Positions 44,388 to 54,656 are shown, counted from the stretch's first letter. The stretch is DNA of 64,000 nucleotides from an uncultured delta proteobacterium (GCA_963727485.1 CAVSGM010000002.1:928001-992000); one strand, 5' to 3'. Notes: generated from the sequence alone by a model not told the origin. Translations and numbers: made by a program.

Positions 44388-44999
44388 CTAGAGCCCCAGC
44401 GCCCCCAGCAGGACGTCGAGGGACCCGGCGGCGGGCACGATGAGCACGTGGCCGCTGACCTCGTCGGCCTCGCGCAGGTGCATCCAGGTCTCCAGGACCA
44501 GGAGCCGGTCGGCGCCCCCGGCGGCCTCGGTGAGGGCGGCGGCGACATGCGGCGAGGTGTCGTGGATGAGGCTCGGCACCGAAGGCAGGAGCATCAGCCC
44601 GGTGACCCGGCCCACCGCCGTGAGGTAGGCGGAGGCGACGATGTTGCCGACCTCCATCAGCGCCGAGGCGCCCAGCTCCCCCAGCGGCCCGGCGGCCGGG
44701 ACCGGGGCGGTGGTGAGCAGGCGCGCGAGCGCCCGGGCGTCCCGGTCGGGGTGGACCAGGACCAGGTTCCCCTCGGCCCCGCCCCGCAGCTGCACCTTGA
44801 CCCCGGCCACCGACTCGCCGATGCCGTTCAGGTGTGCCTCGAGCTCGGAGGTGGCCACCACCGTGGACCGGGTGACCTCCAGCTCCACCCGCCGGCCCCC
44901 GAGGAGCTGGGCCAGGGCGGTGGCGGCGGCGCCGCAGCCGATGTTGGTGACCTCCCGGAGGGCGTCGAGCTGGAGGTCGGTGAGGTGGGCGGGGTCCAT
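44388..44999 (-). CDS. cheC: CheC-family phosphatase (DifG-like)
   Basis: Two ExxN motifs: DALREVTNIG and ALMEVGNI. Confidence 0.9.
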   Translation of the reverse strand: MDPAHLTDLQLDALREVTNIGCGAAATALAQLLGGRRVELEVTRSTVVATSELEAHLNGIGESVAGVKVQLRGGAEGNLVLVHPDRDARALARLLTTAPVPAAGPLGELGASALMEVGNIVASAYLTAVGRVTGLMLLPSVPSLIHDTSPHVAAALTEAAGGADRLLVLETWMHLREADEVSGHVLIVPAAGSLDVLLGALGL

Positions 45000-46978
45000 C
45001 AGGATCCAGTGTCGGCGGTGCGCAAGAGCGATGCAAGATCGAGCACGAAGAGGGGCCGCCCGTCGGGGAGCAGGGTGACCCCGGAGAGGCCCGGGACCAG
45101 GTCCAGGGGCCGGCCCAGCGGCTTGATCACCGCGTCGAGGTGCCCGGCGAGGCCGTCGACGGACACCGCGGTGGGCGCCCGGCCCTCGCCCTCGACGATG
45201 AGGTGGGGCGCCGCATCGGGGGGATCGGCGGGCACCGCGAGGAGCGCCGCCAGGTCCGAGACCGGGACCAGGCCGTCGAGGTAGGGGATGAGCGTCTTGC
45301 CCCGGCTGCGGCTCCGGCCGGCGCGGTCGAGCTCGGTGACGTGGAGGACCTTGGCCACCGGCACCCCCACGGTCTCGGCGCCGACCTTCACCAGGAGCAG
45401 CCGCTGGATGGCCACGGTCAGGGGCAGGCGGAGGACGAAGGTGGTCCCGGCCCCCTCGGCGCTCTCGATGTCGACGGTGCCCCCGAGGCTCTCCACCGTG
45501 GCCTTGACCACGTCCATCCCCACCCCCCGGCCCGAGAGGTCGGAGACCGACTCGGCGGTGGTCAGCCCCGGGAGGCAGGCGAGCATCAGGGTCTCGCGAT
45601 CGGAGAGGGCCTCGGCGGCGCGCTCGGTGAGGTGACCGGCGGCGACGGCCCGGCGCTTGAGCGCCCCCCGGTCGAAGCCCCGGCCGTCGTCGGAGATCTC
45701 CAGGATCACCCGGTCCCGGTCCCGGCGGGCGACCAGCCGCAGGCGCCCCTCCACCGGCTTCCCACGGGCGATGCGCCCGTCCTCGTCCTCGAGGCCGTGG
45801 TCGATGCTGTTGCGCAGGAGGTGGGTGATGGGGGCGTCGAGCTCGTCGAGGATCGCCCGGTCGAGCTCGATGTCGGCGCCGTCGATGGCGAGGCCCACCT
45901 GCTTGCCCAGGCTCCGGGCGAGGTCCCGCACCACCCGGGGGAGCCGGTCGGTGAGGGTGGCCAGGCGGATCATCCGGGTGGCCAGCACCTGGCCGTGGAG
46001 CGCCTTGGCGATGGCCCGGAGCTGGTCCACCGCCTCGTCGAGGGGGGTCGGGGCCTCTTCCTCGGCGCGCGCCGAGAGGGCGCGGATGCGCTCGGTGACC
46101 AGGAGCAGCTCGCCCACCGAGTCCATGAACCCGTCGAGGAGCTCGGTGCGGATGCGCACGGTGCGCAGGGTCTCCGCCGGGGCGGGGCGGGGGCGGCCCG
46201 GCCGGGGCCCGGGCCTGGAGAGGTCGACCTCGTCGATCTTCACCCGCTCGAGCTCGGCGATGGTGGAGAGGACCTGCTCCACCGCCTCCACCGCGGTCTC
46301 GGTGGCCAGCAGGATCTCCAGGCGCCCCTCGGGGAGGCGGCCGGCCTTGAGGTCGGCGAGGGCCGGGTCGGCGCGGAGGATCTCCCCGAGGCCGGCGAGG
46401 CGCTTGTGGACCAGGAAGCCCCGGACCCCGGGGACCTTGGAGGTGCCGGCGACCTGGACGGTGACCCGCAGGGTCGGCCGGCCCCGGCCGGGGGTCGGGG
46501 GATCGGCGGCGGCGGCCTGGGTCGGGGGCGCGGGGGTGGGATCGGTCGGCGCGGGGGCGTCGCCCGGGGTCGCCGCCGCCCCCAGGAGCTGGGCCCGGAG
46601 CGCCACCAGCCGGCGGCCCAGGGCCCCGCCGTCGACGCCCTCGTCCTCCAGGGGCCGCCCGGCGCCGGCGGCCGCGACCAGGGCCGCCAGGCCGTCGACC
46701 ACCGAGAGGGCCACGTCGATCCCGCCGGCCGCCAGCGACGCCTGCCCCTGCCGGGGCAGGTCCATGAGGTCCTCGAGGTGGTGGGCGAGGTCGGCGATGG
46801 GGGTGAACCCCATGGACGCCGCCATCCCCTTCACCGAGTGGGCGTGGCGGAAGAGCTCGTCGACGACCTTGGGATCGTCCCCGCGCTCCAGGCGCGGCAG
46901 CCCCTGCCCCATGGCCTCGAGGTGCTCGGTGGCCTCCTGGACGAAGAGGTCCAGGTACTTGGACATGTCCAGGGGCAT
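44999..46978 (-). CDS. cheA: Chemotaxis kinase CheA (DifE-like)
   Basis: FRHAHSVKGM (Hpt), HLLRNSIDHG, DDGRG, SGRGVGMDVV and a C-terminal CheW domain. Confidence 0.96.
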   Translation of the reverse strand: MPLDMSKYLDLFVQEATEHLEAMGQGLPRLERGDDPKVVDELFRHAHSVKGMAASMGFTPIADLAHHLEDLMDLPRQGQASLAAGGIDVALSVVDGLAALVAAAGAGRPLEDEGVDGGALGRRLVALRAQLLGAAATPGDAPAPTDPTPAPPTQAAAADPPTPGRGRPTLRVTVQVAGTSKVPGVRGFLVHKRLAGLGEILRADPALADLKAGRLPEGRLEILLATETAVEAVEQVLSTIAELERVKIDEVDLSRPGPRPGRPRPAPAETLRTVRIRTELLDGFMDSVGELLLVTERIRALSARAEEEAPTPLDEAVDQLRAIAKALHGQVLATRMIRLATLTDRLPRVVRDLARSLGKQVGLAIDGADIELDRAILDELDAPITHLLRNSIDHGLEDEDGRIARGKPVEGRLRLVARRDRDRVILEISDDGRGFDRGALKRRAVAAGHLTERAAEALSDRETLMLACLPGLTTAESVSDLSGRGVGMDVVKATVESLGGTVDIESAEGAGTTFVLRLPLTVAIQRLLLVKVGAETVGVPVAKVLHVTELDRAGRSRSRGKTLIPYLDGLVPVSDLAALLAVPADPPDAAPHLIVEGEGRAPTAVSVDGLAGHLDAVIKPLGRPLDLVPGLSGVTLLPDGRPLFVLDLASLLRTADTGS

Positions 46979-46995
46979 GGCGCCCTCGCGGCCGG

Positions 46996-47367
46996 TCAGG
47001 CCTCGCCGAGGACCTTGCGCACCACCTGGAGGACCTCGTCGGCCTTGAACGGCTTGACGATGAAGTCCGCGGCGCCGGCCTCGATGGCCTCCATCACCAG
47101 CTGCTCCTGCCCGAGGGCGGAGCACATGACGATCGTGGCGCCGGGATCGGCCTTCATGATCTCCCGGGTGGCCTCGATGCCACTCTTGAAGGGCATCACG
47201 ATGTCCATGGTGACGAGGTCGGGGGAGAGCTCTCGGAACTTCTCCACCGCCTCGAGGCCATGCGTCGCCTCGCCCACGACCTCGAAGTCGCCGGCCTGGG
47301 CGAAGATGTCCTTGATCATGTTCCGCATGAAGATGGCGTCATCCACCACCAGCACCCGTCTGGGCAT
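46996..47367 (-). CDS. cheY: CheY-like response regulator (DifD-like)
   Basis: VVDDAIFMR, TMDIVMP, CSA and IVKPF motifs. Confidence 0.93.
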   Translation of the reverse strand: MPRRVLVVDDAIFMRNMIKDIFAQAGDFEVVGEATHGLEAVEKFRELSPDLVTMDIVMPFKSGIEATREIMKADPGATIVMCSALGQEQLVMEAIEAGAADFIVKPFKADEVLQVVRKVLGEA

Positions 47368-47835
47368 CTAGCGCTCCTTGCGGTGGGGCGGGGGGGTCGC
47401 AGGCGAGCCTATCACGCCGCCCTGGGAGAAGGCCAAGTCGACCTGCTCCAGGATGGCGTCGAGGGCGAGGACGGTCACGGCCTTCTCGCCGTGCCGCGCC
47501 AGGCCGCCCTCGGCGGCCAGCGGTCCGATCCCGTCCACCGCGTCGACGCCCAGGGCCAGGCGCCGGCGAGGGTGATCGAGTAGCAACACGAGGGTCGGCG
47601 GCCGGGCGGGCCGGTCGCCAAGGAGGGCCCCGAGATCCACCACCGAGACCACGCGGCCGTGGTGGCTCATGGCGCCGAGGGCGCACGCCGGCGCCCGGGG
47701 AATGCGCACCATCGCCGAGGCCTCCACCACCTCCCGCACCGCGGGCAGCGGCAGGGCGTAGAGCTCGCCCCCGCAGCCGAAGCGCAGGTGCGCCTCGCCC
47801 ACCGGGGGCGGCTCGAGGGGGGCGGCCTCGGTCAC
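47368..47835 (-). CDS. cheW: CheW coupling protein (DifC-like)
   Basis: [18 protein letters not shown] and [13 protein letters not shown] overlap with the MCP gene. Confidence 0.88.
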   Translation of the reverse strand: MTEAAPLEPPPVGEAHLRFGCGGELYALPLPAVREVVEASAMVRIPRAPACALGAMSHHGRVVSVVDLGALLGDRPARPPTLVLLLDHPRRRLALGVDAVDGIGPLAAEGGLARHGEKAVTVLALDAILEQVDLAFSQGGVIGSPATPPPHRKER

Positions 47836-49088
47836 AGACGGAACCTCGAGATCACGGACTGCAGCTCCTGGGAGAGGGCGAGGAGCTCCTGGGCGCTGGC
47901 GGCCATCTGCTGCATGGACCGGGTCTGGTCCCCGATGACCGTGCGCACCCCCTCGGTGGAGCGGGCGTTGTCCTGGGCCACCTCGGAGATGTTCTCGGTG
48001 GCCCGGACCATCTCGGCGCTCCCCTCGAGCTGCTGCCGGGCGAAGAGCGAGATGTGGTCGACCTTCTCGGCGCCGCGCATCGCCTGGCGGACGATGCCCT
48101 CGAGGCTCTTGATGATCGCCGCGAGCTCCTCGCGGCCCTCGCCGAGCTCGTCGGTGGCCTCGCGCATGGCGCCGACCACCTGCTCGGCGTGGTTGGAGAT
48201 GTCCTCGGCGAGCCGGGAGATCTGGTCGGCGGAGCGGGCCGCCTGCTCGGCGAGCTTCCGGACCTCCTCGGCGACCACCGCGAAGCCCCGGCCGTACTCC
48301 CCGGCGCGGGCGGCCTCGATGGTGGCGTTGAGGGCCAGCAGGTTGGTCTGCTGGGCGATGGTGGAGATGACCTGGACCACCTTGTCGATCTGCTGGGTCT
48401 TGTTGCCGAAGTCGATGACCATCTCCGAGGCGTTCTCGATGCGCCCGAAGACCTTCCCCAGCTTGTCGGCGGCGAGCCCCGCCGCCCGGCCGCCGCTCTG
48501 GGCCGCGGTGGAGGTCTCGGTGGAGGAGCGCGCCGCGTCCTCGGCGCTCTTGGCCACCCGCTCGATGGAGGCGGCGATCTCGGTGATGAGCTTGCTGGTG
48601 CGCTCGACCAGCTCGTTCTGGAGCTCGGCGCCCTTGGCGATCTGGCCCATGGACTCGCTGACCTCCACCGACGAGGCGTTGACCCCCTCGGCGGACGCCT
48701 GGAGACCGCTGGCGGCGTCGGACACCGCCCCGGCGGTGCGCTGGGTGTGGCTCACCAACTCCCGGAGGTTGTCCTGCATGTGGGCGATGGAGGCGGTGAG
48801 CTCGTCGATCTCGTCGGTGCCCAGCGGGCCCTGGGCCATGGGCACCGGCCGGGAGAGGTTTCCGCGGCTGACCTCCTCGGCGGCGCGGTTGAGGTCCTGG
48901 ATCCGGGCGAGGATCTTGGAGACCCCGTAGGCCAGCGCCAGGGCCAGCCCCACCCCGACCCCCAGGGTGATCCACGGCCGGAACTCGGGGCTGATGTGGG
49001 TCAGCGAGAGGAGCCACGGCATCGCGAAGGAGGCGATGAGCAGGACCAGGTAGCCGACCAGGATCTTGGTGAAGAGGGTGATCTTCAT
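47832..49088 (-). CDS. difA: Methyl-accepting chemotaxis protein without a periplasmic sensor domain (DifA-like)
   Basis: Two closely spaced TM segments, HAMP, and [27 protein letters not shown]; gene order MCP-W-Y-A-C. Confidence 0.85.
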   Translation of the reverse strand: MKITLFTKILVGYLVLLIASFAMPWLLSLTHISPEFRPWITLGVGVGLALALAYGVSKILARIQDLNRAAEEVSRGNLSRPVPMAQGPLGTDEIDELTASIAHMQDNLRELVSHTQRTAGAVSDAASGLQASAEGVNASSVEVSESMGQIAKGAELQNELVERTSKLITEIAASIERVAKSAEDAARSSTETSTAAQSGGRAAGLAADKLGKVFGRIENASEMVIDFGNKTQQIDKVVQVISTIAQQTNLLALNATIEAARAGEYGRGFAVVAEEVRKLAEQAARSADQISRLAEDISNHAEQVVGAMREATDELGEGREELAAIIKSLEGIVRQAMRGAEKVDHISLFARQQLEGSAEMVRATENISEVAQDNARSTEGVRTVIGDQTRSMQQMAASAQELLALSQELQSVISRFRL

Positions 49089-49138
49089 CGCGGGGGTCCG
49101 GTCATGCTAGCCCAAGGTGGCGTGCATCTGGAGACTTT

Positions 49139-50104
49139 CTAGGTGTGGCGCCAGCCGGTGGCGCGCGGCCGGTGGCGGCGGCCGGTGGCGTCCCGGAGGA
49201 CCAGGCCGCGCCCGGCGGTGATGGCCCCGACCACGGTCACCTGGGTCCCGGTCCGCCGCGCCGCCGCGCGCACCCGGCGGAGGCGGGCGGGCGCGACGGT
49301 GAACACCAGCTCGTAGTCCTCGCCGCCGGAGAGCGCCGGCCCGAAGGGATCGTCCGCGGGGGCCGCCGCCCGCACCGCCGCCGAGCGCGGGAGGTCCTCG
49401 AGGCGGACCTCGGCGCCGACGCCGCTGGCCTCGAGGAGGTGGCCGAGATCGGCGGCGAAGCCGTCGGAGACGTCGACGCAGGCCGTGGCGATCCCCCCGA
49501 GGGCCCGCCCCAGGGCGAGGCGCGCCTCGGGGCGGCCCTGGCGCCGGGCGGGGCCGGTGAGCCGCGACGGAGGCCGCGTCCGCCCGGCGAGCGACGCCAG
49601 CCCCACCGCCGCGTCGCCGAGGGTCCCGGTCACGCACACCAGGTCCCCGGCCTTCGCCCCGGCGCGCCGGAGCATCCGCGCGGGTGCCACCTCGCCCAGG
49701 AGGGTGACGGTGAGCGAGAGCTCGGCGGCGCCGGAGACGTTGCCCCCGACCAGGGTGACCCCGGTGGCCTCGCACAGGGCCGCCATCCCCCGGGCGCAGG
49801 CGTCGAGCCACCTTGGCGCGATCCCCTGCGGCAGCCCCAGGGCCAGCAGCGCCCACCTGGGCGTCGCCCCCATGGCCGCCAGGTCCGAGAGGTTCACCGC
49901 CAACGCCTTGTGCCCCACCGCCGACGCCGGCAGCCACCGCCGGTCGAAGTGCACCCCGTCGACCAGGGCGTCGACGGTGGTCACCAGGAGCCGGCCCGCC
50001 GCGGGCCTCAACGCCGCGGCGTCATCGCCGGGGCCGAGGACCACCCCCCGCCCCCGACGCGCGAAGTGGGACAGCCACCGGTCGATGAGGGCGAACTCGT
50101 CCAT
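49139..50104 (-). CDS. thiL: Thiamine-monophosphate kinase
   Basis: MDEFALI, GDDAA, NLSDLAAMG, DVSDG and GGEDYEL motifs. Confidence 0.96.
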   Translation of the reverse strand: MDEFALIDRWLSHFARRGRGVVLGPGDDAAALRPAAGRLLVTTVDALVDGVHFDRRWLPASAVGHKALAVNLSDLAAMGATPRWALLALGLPQGIAPRWLDACARGMAALCEATGVTLVGGNVSGAAELSLTVTLLGEVAPARMLRRAGAKAGDLVCVTGTLGDAAVGLASLAGRTRPPSRLTGPARRQGRPEARLALGRALGGIATACVDVSDGFAADLGHLLEASGVGAEVRLEDLPRSAAVRAAAPADDPFGPALSGGEDYELVFTVAPARLRRVRAAARRTGTQVTVVGAITAGRGLVLRDATGRRHRPRATGWRHT

Positions 50105-50122
50105 GGGCCCGCGGCCCGCCCC

Positions 50123-50491
50123 TCAGGCCCCGAGCACCGCCTCGACCATGGCGAGGAGCTTCTTGCTGTTGAACGGCTTGGCCAGATAGAGCACCCCGCC
50201 GGCCTTGAACCCGGCGTTCATCGACTCGGCGTCGGCGCGGGCGGTGACGAAGATGATGGGCACCTGCTTGAGGCGCGCGTCGTCCTTCATCTTCCGGGAG
50301 AGCTCCAGCCCCGAGAGCCCGGGCATCATCACGTCGACCAGGGCCAGGTCCGGGGGATCGCCGACCGCCAGGGCCTCGAGGGCGGCCTCGGCGGTGCCCA
50401 CCTGGGTGGTGGCGTAGCCGGCGGCTTCGAGGAGGCGCTCCTCCATCTTCCGGATCGCGTGGTCGTCCTCGACGATGAGGATGCGCTTCAC
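50123..50491 (-). CDS. Single-domain response regulator
   Basis: ILIVEDD, LVDVMMPG, FVTA and LAKPF; overlaps the kinase stop. Confidence 0.92.
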   Translation of the reverse strand: MKRILIVEDDHAIRKMEERLLEAAGYATTQVGTAEAALEALAVGDPPDLALVDVMMPGLSGLELSRKMKDDARLKQVPIIFVTARADAESMNAGFKAGGVLYLAKPFNSKKLLAMVEAVLGA

Positions 50492-51963
50492 GCGTGCTTC
50501 TCTCCGGGCGGTCCGGTGACCACGCCGGTGGAGGGCTCGAGGGGCAGGAGGATGGAGAAGGTGCTCCCGCTGCCCGCCTCGCTGTCGACCCAGACCTCGC
50601 CCCCATGGGCCTCCACGTAGCTCTTGACGATGGAGAGCCCCAGCCCGGTGCCGCCGTACTCGCGGGTGGAGGAGTTGTCGACCTGGAAGAAGGTGTCGAA
50701 GACCCGGTCGAGCTTGTCCTTGGGGATCCCGATGCCGGTGTCGGTGACCGAGAGCTTCACGAAGTGGTTCTCCCGCGGCTCGAAGAGGGCGAAGCCGTGG
50801 TCCTCGCCCTCGGGGGGATGCCGCCTCGGCCCGGTGTAGCGCACCACCTCCACGGTCACCCGGCCGCCCTCGGGGGTGAACTTCACCGCGTTGGCGAGGA
50901 GGTTCACCAGGCACTGGCGGATCTTGTCGCGGTCGGCGGGGACCCGGGGGAGCTCGGGGGCGAGCTTGGACTCGAGGGTGACCGTCTTCTTCTGGGCCTG
51001 GGGGTGGACGGTGGTCACCGCCGCCCGGGTCACGTCGGCGAGGTCGACCTCGCTCTGGGTCAGGCTCACCCGCCCGCTCTCGATCTTGGAGATGTCGAGG
51101 ATGGAGGTGATGATCTGGAGGAGGTTCTCGCCCTTCTCCATGATGGTGCGCACGTACTCGCTCTGCTCGGGCTGGAGGTCGCCGGCGAGGCCCTCGAGGA
51201 GCATCTCCGAGTAGCCGATGACGCTGGTCAGCGGGGTGCGCAGCTCGTGGCTCACGGTGGCCAGGAAGTTCGACTTGAGGCGGTCGAGCTCCCGGAGCTT
51301 CTCCACCGACTCCTCGAGGCGGCGGTTCTTGTCGACCAGCTCCCGGTGGGCGTCGGTGATCGCCTCGATGTGCATGGCGCTGGCGAGGTGCGCCTTGTAG
51401 CCCGAGTGGATGATCACCTCGAGGACCAGGCGGAAGTGCTCGAGGATGCGCTTGACGGTGCCCTCGGGGGCCTGGCGGACCTTCTGCACCAGCTGCAGGG
51501 CCCGCTCGGCGTCGAAGTCGTCGCTGATGGAGACCAGGGTGTCGGGGAGCCCCTCGAGGCCCGCGGGCCGGAAGGGCCCGAAGATGACCTTGCCCAGCAG
51601 ATCGCCCTCGTGGACCACCGGCATCACCACGTAGCGCAGGCCGGTGAAGCAGGGCTGGGTCACCAGCCGGTCCCCGGGATCCGAGGCGTTGATCCGGTCG
51701 CCCCCGAAGGGCGTGTCCTTGACCCGGCGCACGGTGGCCGTGCACTGGGAGCGGCCGTCGGCCTTGCTGAACACGTAGCCGCAGAAGTCGCCGTTGCCGA
51801 TCTTGAGGTCGACGAGGCGCGTGCCGTCGGCGTCGAACACCTTGATGCCGATGCCGTAGAGGTCGACGTAGGAGCGGCAGACCTCGAGGAACGACGGGAG
51901 ATCGACCAGCTCCTTGAGGCCGGGCCGCTTGTCGAGGGCGGTGAGGTCGGAGGCGGCTTCCAT
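50488..51963 (-). CDS. Cytoplasmic histidine kinase with PocR-like sensor domain
   Basis: N-terminus with Cys pattern FCGYV, QC, PCFTGL; SHELRTPL; NLLANAVKFT; DTGIG; GGTGLGL. Confidence 0.9.
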   Translation of the reverse strand: MEAASDLTALDKRPGLKELVDLPSFLEVCRSYVDLYGIGIKVFDADGTRLVDLKIGNGDFCGYVFSKADGRSQCTATVRRVKDTPFGGDRINASDPGDRLVTQPCFTGLRYVVMPVVHEGDLLGKVIFGPFRPAGLEGLPDTLVSISDDFDAERALQLVQKVRQAPEGTVKRILEHFRLVLEVIIHSGYKAHLASAMHIEAITDAHRELVDKNRRLEESVEKLRELDRLKSNFLATVSHELRTPLTSVIGYSEMLLEGLAGDLQPEQSEYVRTIMEKGENLLQIITSILDISKIESGRVSLTQSEVDLADVTRAAVTTVHPQAQKKTVTLESKLAPELPRVPADRDKIRQCLVNLLANAVKFTPEGGRVTVEVVRYTGPRRHPPEGEDHGFALFEPRENHFVKLSVTDTGIGIPKDKLDRVFDTFFQVDNSSTREYGGTGLGLSIVKSYVEAHGGEVWVDSEAGSGSTFSILLPLEPSTGVVTGPPGEKHA

Positions 51964-52646
51964 CAGCCGAAGGCCTCGGAGAGGGCGGTGTGGGTGAGGT
52001 CGAGGTTGCGGAACACGTTCTTGAGGAACTCCGCCTCGGTGAGGCCGAACTTGTGACCGAGCTGGTGCTGCTCCTCGAGCCGCTGCCAGGTGAGCTGGAG
52101 CAGACCGTGGAGGGTCTCGAGGACCCCCTCGCCGCGGATCGCCACCGCGAGGAAGATGGGCTCGGGCCCCCGCTGCTTGAGGGTGTCGATCTCCTCCTCG
52201 GTGCGGATGTCGGGGAGGTCGCGCTTGTTGAACTGGATCACGATGGGGAGGTCGCCGTAGCGCAGCCCGTTCTCCTTGAGGTTCGCCAGGAGGTTCTGCC
52301 AGTACTCGTTGTTGGCCCGGGACTGGCTGCGCTGGCTGTCGGCGATGAACGCCACCCCGTCGGCCCCCTGGAGCACCAGGCGCCGGGTGGAGTTGTGCAT
52401 CACCTGGCCGGGGACGGTGTAGAGCTTGACCTTGACCTTGAGGCCGGCGGCGGTCTGGAAGAACACCGGCATCATGTCGAAGAACAGCGTCCGATCGTCG
52501 GCGGTGTCCAGGGTCATCAGCCGGCCCCGGATGCCGGGATCGAGGCGGGCGTGGATCGCCTGAAGGTTCGTCGTCTTCCCCGAGAGCCCGGGGCCGTAGT
52601 AGACGATCTTGAGGGTCAGCTCTCGTTGGGCTGCGTTGAGCTGCAT
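51963..52646 (-). CDS. MglA-family small GTPase (SofG-like)
   Basis: KIVYYGPGLSGKTTNL, RTLFFD, YTVPGQ and NKRD; C-terminal extension; no adjacent mglB. Confidence 0.9.
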   Translation of the reverse strand: MQLNAAQRELTLKIVYYGPGLSGKTTNLQAIHARLDPGIRGRLMTLDTADDRTLFFDMMPVFFQTAAGLKVKVKLYTVPGQVMHNSTRRLVLQGADGVAFIADSQRSQSRANNEYWQNLLANLKENGLRYGDLPIVIQFNKRDLPDIRTEEEIDTLKQRGPEPIFLAVAIRGEGVLETLHGLLQLTWQRLEEQHQLGHKFGLTEAEFLKNVFRNLDLTHTALSEAFG

Positions 52647-52684
52647 CTTCGCGTGGTTCCTGGGGAACTGCCGGTCAATCTAGT

Positions 52685-54643
52685 CTATCCCGCACCCTGT
52701 TTCCACCAGTCGGCGAGCGCCCCCCGGTCCCGGAAGCGCGGGCAGGGGGGCAGGGTGCGGATGAAGTGGGCCCGGTAGCCCCGGGTGGCCAGCCGCACGT
52801 CGCAGATGGCGACGAGGCCCCGGTCCTTCCGGGTGCGGATGAGGCGCCCGAAGCCCTGCTTGAGGGCGAGGGCCGCCTGGGGGAGCTGGAGGGTGTCGAA
52901 GGGGCTCTGGCCCCGGCGGCGCACCGCGTCGAGACGCGCCGAGACCACCGGGTCGCCGGGGGAGGCGAAGGGGAGCTTGTCGATGACCACCAGGGAGAGC
53001 GCCTCCCCAGGGACGTCCACCCCCTCCCAGAAGCTCTGGGTCGCCACCAGCACCGACGGCGTCTTGCGGAAGCGCTCGAGGAGCGCGTTCTTGGGGGCGT
53101 CGCCCTGACGCAGGAGCGGCCAGGGCAGCCGCCCCTGGAGGTGCTCGTGGATCGCCCGGAGGTTCTTGTGGCTGGTGCACAGGACGAAGGCCCGGCCCTC
53201 GGTGAGCTCGCACAGCGCCACCACCTCGTCGGCCACCGCCTCGGCGAAGGCCGGGTCGTTCGGTTCACAGATCCCGTCGGGGACGTAGAGGGCGGCCTGG
53301 GTCTCATACTCGAAGGGCGAGGGGAGGATGGCCTCGTCGAGGTCGAAGCGATCGCCTCCTTCCCCGGGCTCATCGGCCAGACCGGTGCGCGCCTTGAAAA
53401 AGGAAAAGCCCTGGTTGGTGGCCAGGGTGGCGCTGGTGAAGATGCAGGTGTCCACCCGGCGCAGGAGCCGGTCGCGCAGCGCCTCGGCCACGTCGATGGG
53501 CGAGGCGTGGAGGAAGGTGCCGCCGCCGCGGACCTCGGACCAGTAGACCTGGTCCGGGTCGGCCTGGGCGGTGATCGCCTCGAGGGTGTCCTTGAGCTCC
53601 CGGGCCCGGCGCTCGAGGCCGGCGACCTCCTCGTCCGCCTCGGCGCCGCTCCCGGCCACCGCCCCCAGCACCGAGAGGGACTCGAGGAGCCGGCCGAGCT
53701 CGTCGTCGGCGGAGTCGAAGGCGGCGGGGGTCACCCGGTTCCGGCCGTCGGGGAGCCGCAGGGCCTGGAAGAACGCCGCCTGCCGCCCCTCGAGGCGGGT
53801 GGCGGCCTCGCCCAGGGCCCGGGCCAGGGAGGCGTTGGCGGCGGCGAGACGCCCGGCGTCCCGGGCCAGATCCCGGGCCTTGTAGCTGGAGATCGACTGG
53901 CCGAAGAAGGTGGTGGCCACGTCCTCCACCGCGTGGGCCTCGTCGAAGACCACCGCGTCGTAGCGGGGGATGACCTCGGCGCCGGCGAGCAGCCCCGCCT
54001 CGGAGGTGCGCAGGGCGAGGTCGGCGAAGAACAGGTGGTGGTTGACCACCACCAGGTCCGCCGCCGCCGCCTCGGCCCGGGCGGCCATCACGAAGCAGTC
54101 CTCGTAGTGGGCGCAGCGCTGGCCGATGCAGGTATCGGAGGTGGAGACGATCTCCGGCCAGGCGCCCCAGGTCTCGGCGACCTCGCTCACCTCGGCCCGG
54201 TCCCCGGTCCGGGTGGTCTCGGTCCACTTGCGCACCGTCTCCCACTGGAGGGCCTCACCCCGGAAGGGGAAGACCGGCTGCTCGGCGAAGCGCGAAAGGC
54301 GCAGGCGGCACAGGTAGTTCCCCCGGCCCTTGAGGAGCGCCGCGTGGAAGGGGATCCCCAGGGTCCGCTGGAGGAACGGCAGGTCCTTGTAGAAGATCTG
54401 GTCCTGGAGGGCCCGGGTCGCCGTGGAGACCACCACCTTGCGCCCGGAGAGGATCGCCGGGACCAGGTAGGCGAGGGTCTTGCCGGTGCCGGTCCCCGCC
54501 TCGACCACCAGGTGGTGGCGCTCGGCCAGCGACTCGGCCACGCGCCGCGCCATCTCCCGCTGCTGGGGACGATCCTCGTAGCCCGGGCTCCGGGTGGCGA
54601 GCAGCCCCCCGGGGCCGAGGATGAGCTCCAGGTCCTCGGTCAT
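52685..54643 (-). CDS. DinG/YoaA-family Fe-S DNA helicase
   Basis: EAGTGTGKT, KGRGNYLC, Cys cluster, DEAH, TSATL, FWEGVD and QGFGRLIR motifs. Confidence 0.95.
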   Translation of the reverse strand: MTEDLELILGPGGLLATRSPGYEDRPQQREMARRVAESLAERHHLVVEAGTGTGKTLAYLVPAILSGRKVVVSTATRALQDQIFYKDLPFLQRTLGIPFHAALLKGRGNYLCRLRLSRFAEQPVFPFRGEALQWETVRKWTETTRTGDRAEVSEVAETWGAWPEIVSTSDTCIGQRCAHYEDCFVMAARAEAAAADLVVVNHHLFFADLALRTSEAGLLAGAEVIPRYDAVVFDEAHAVEDVATTFFGQSISSYKARDLARDAGRLAAANASLARALGEAATRLEGRQAAFFQALRLPDGRNRVTPAAFDSADDELGRLLESLSVLGAVAGSGAEADEEVAGLERRARELKDTLEAITAQADPDQVYWSEVRGGGTFLHASPIDVAEALRDRLLRRVDTCIFTSATLATNQGFSFFKARTGLADEPGEGGDRFDLDEAILPSPFEYETQAALYVPDGICEPNDPAFAEAVADEVVALCELTEGRAFVLCTSHKNLRAIHEHLQGRLPWPLLRQGDAPKNALLERFRKTPSVLVATQSFWEGVDVPGEALSLVVIDKLPFASPGDPVVSARLDAVRRRGQSPFDTLQLPQAALALKQGFGRLIRTRKDRGLVAICDVRLATRGYRAHFIRTLPPCPRFRDRGALADWWKQGAG

Positions 54644-54656
54644 GGCGACGTCGGGG

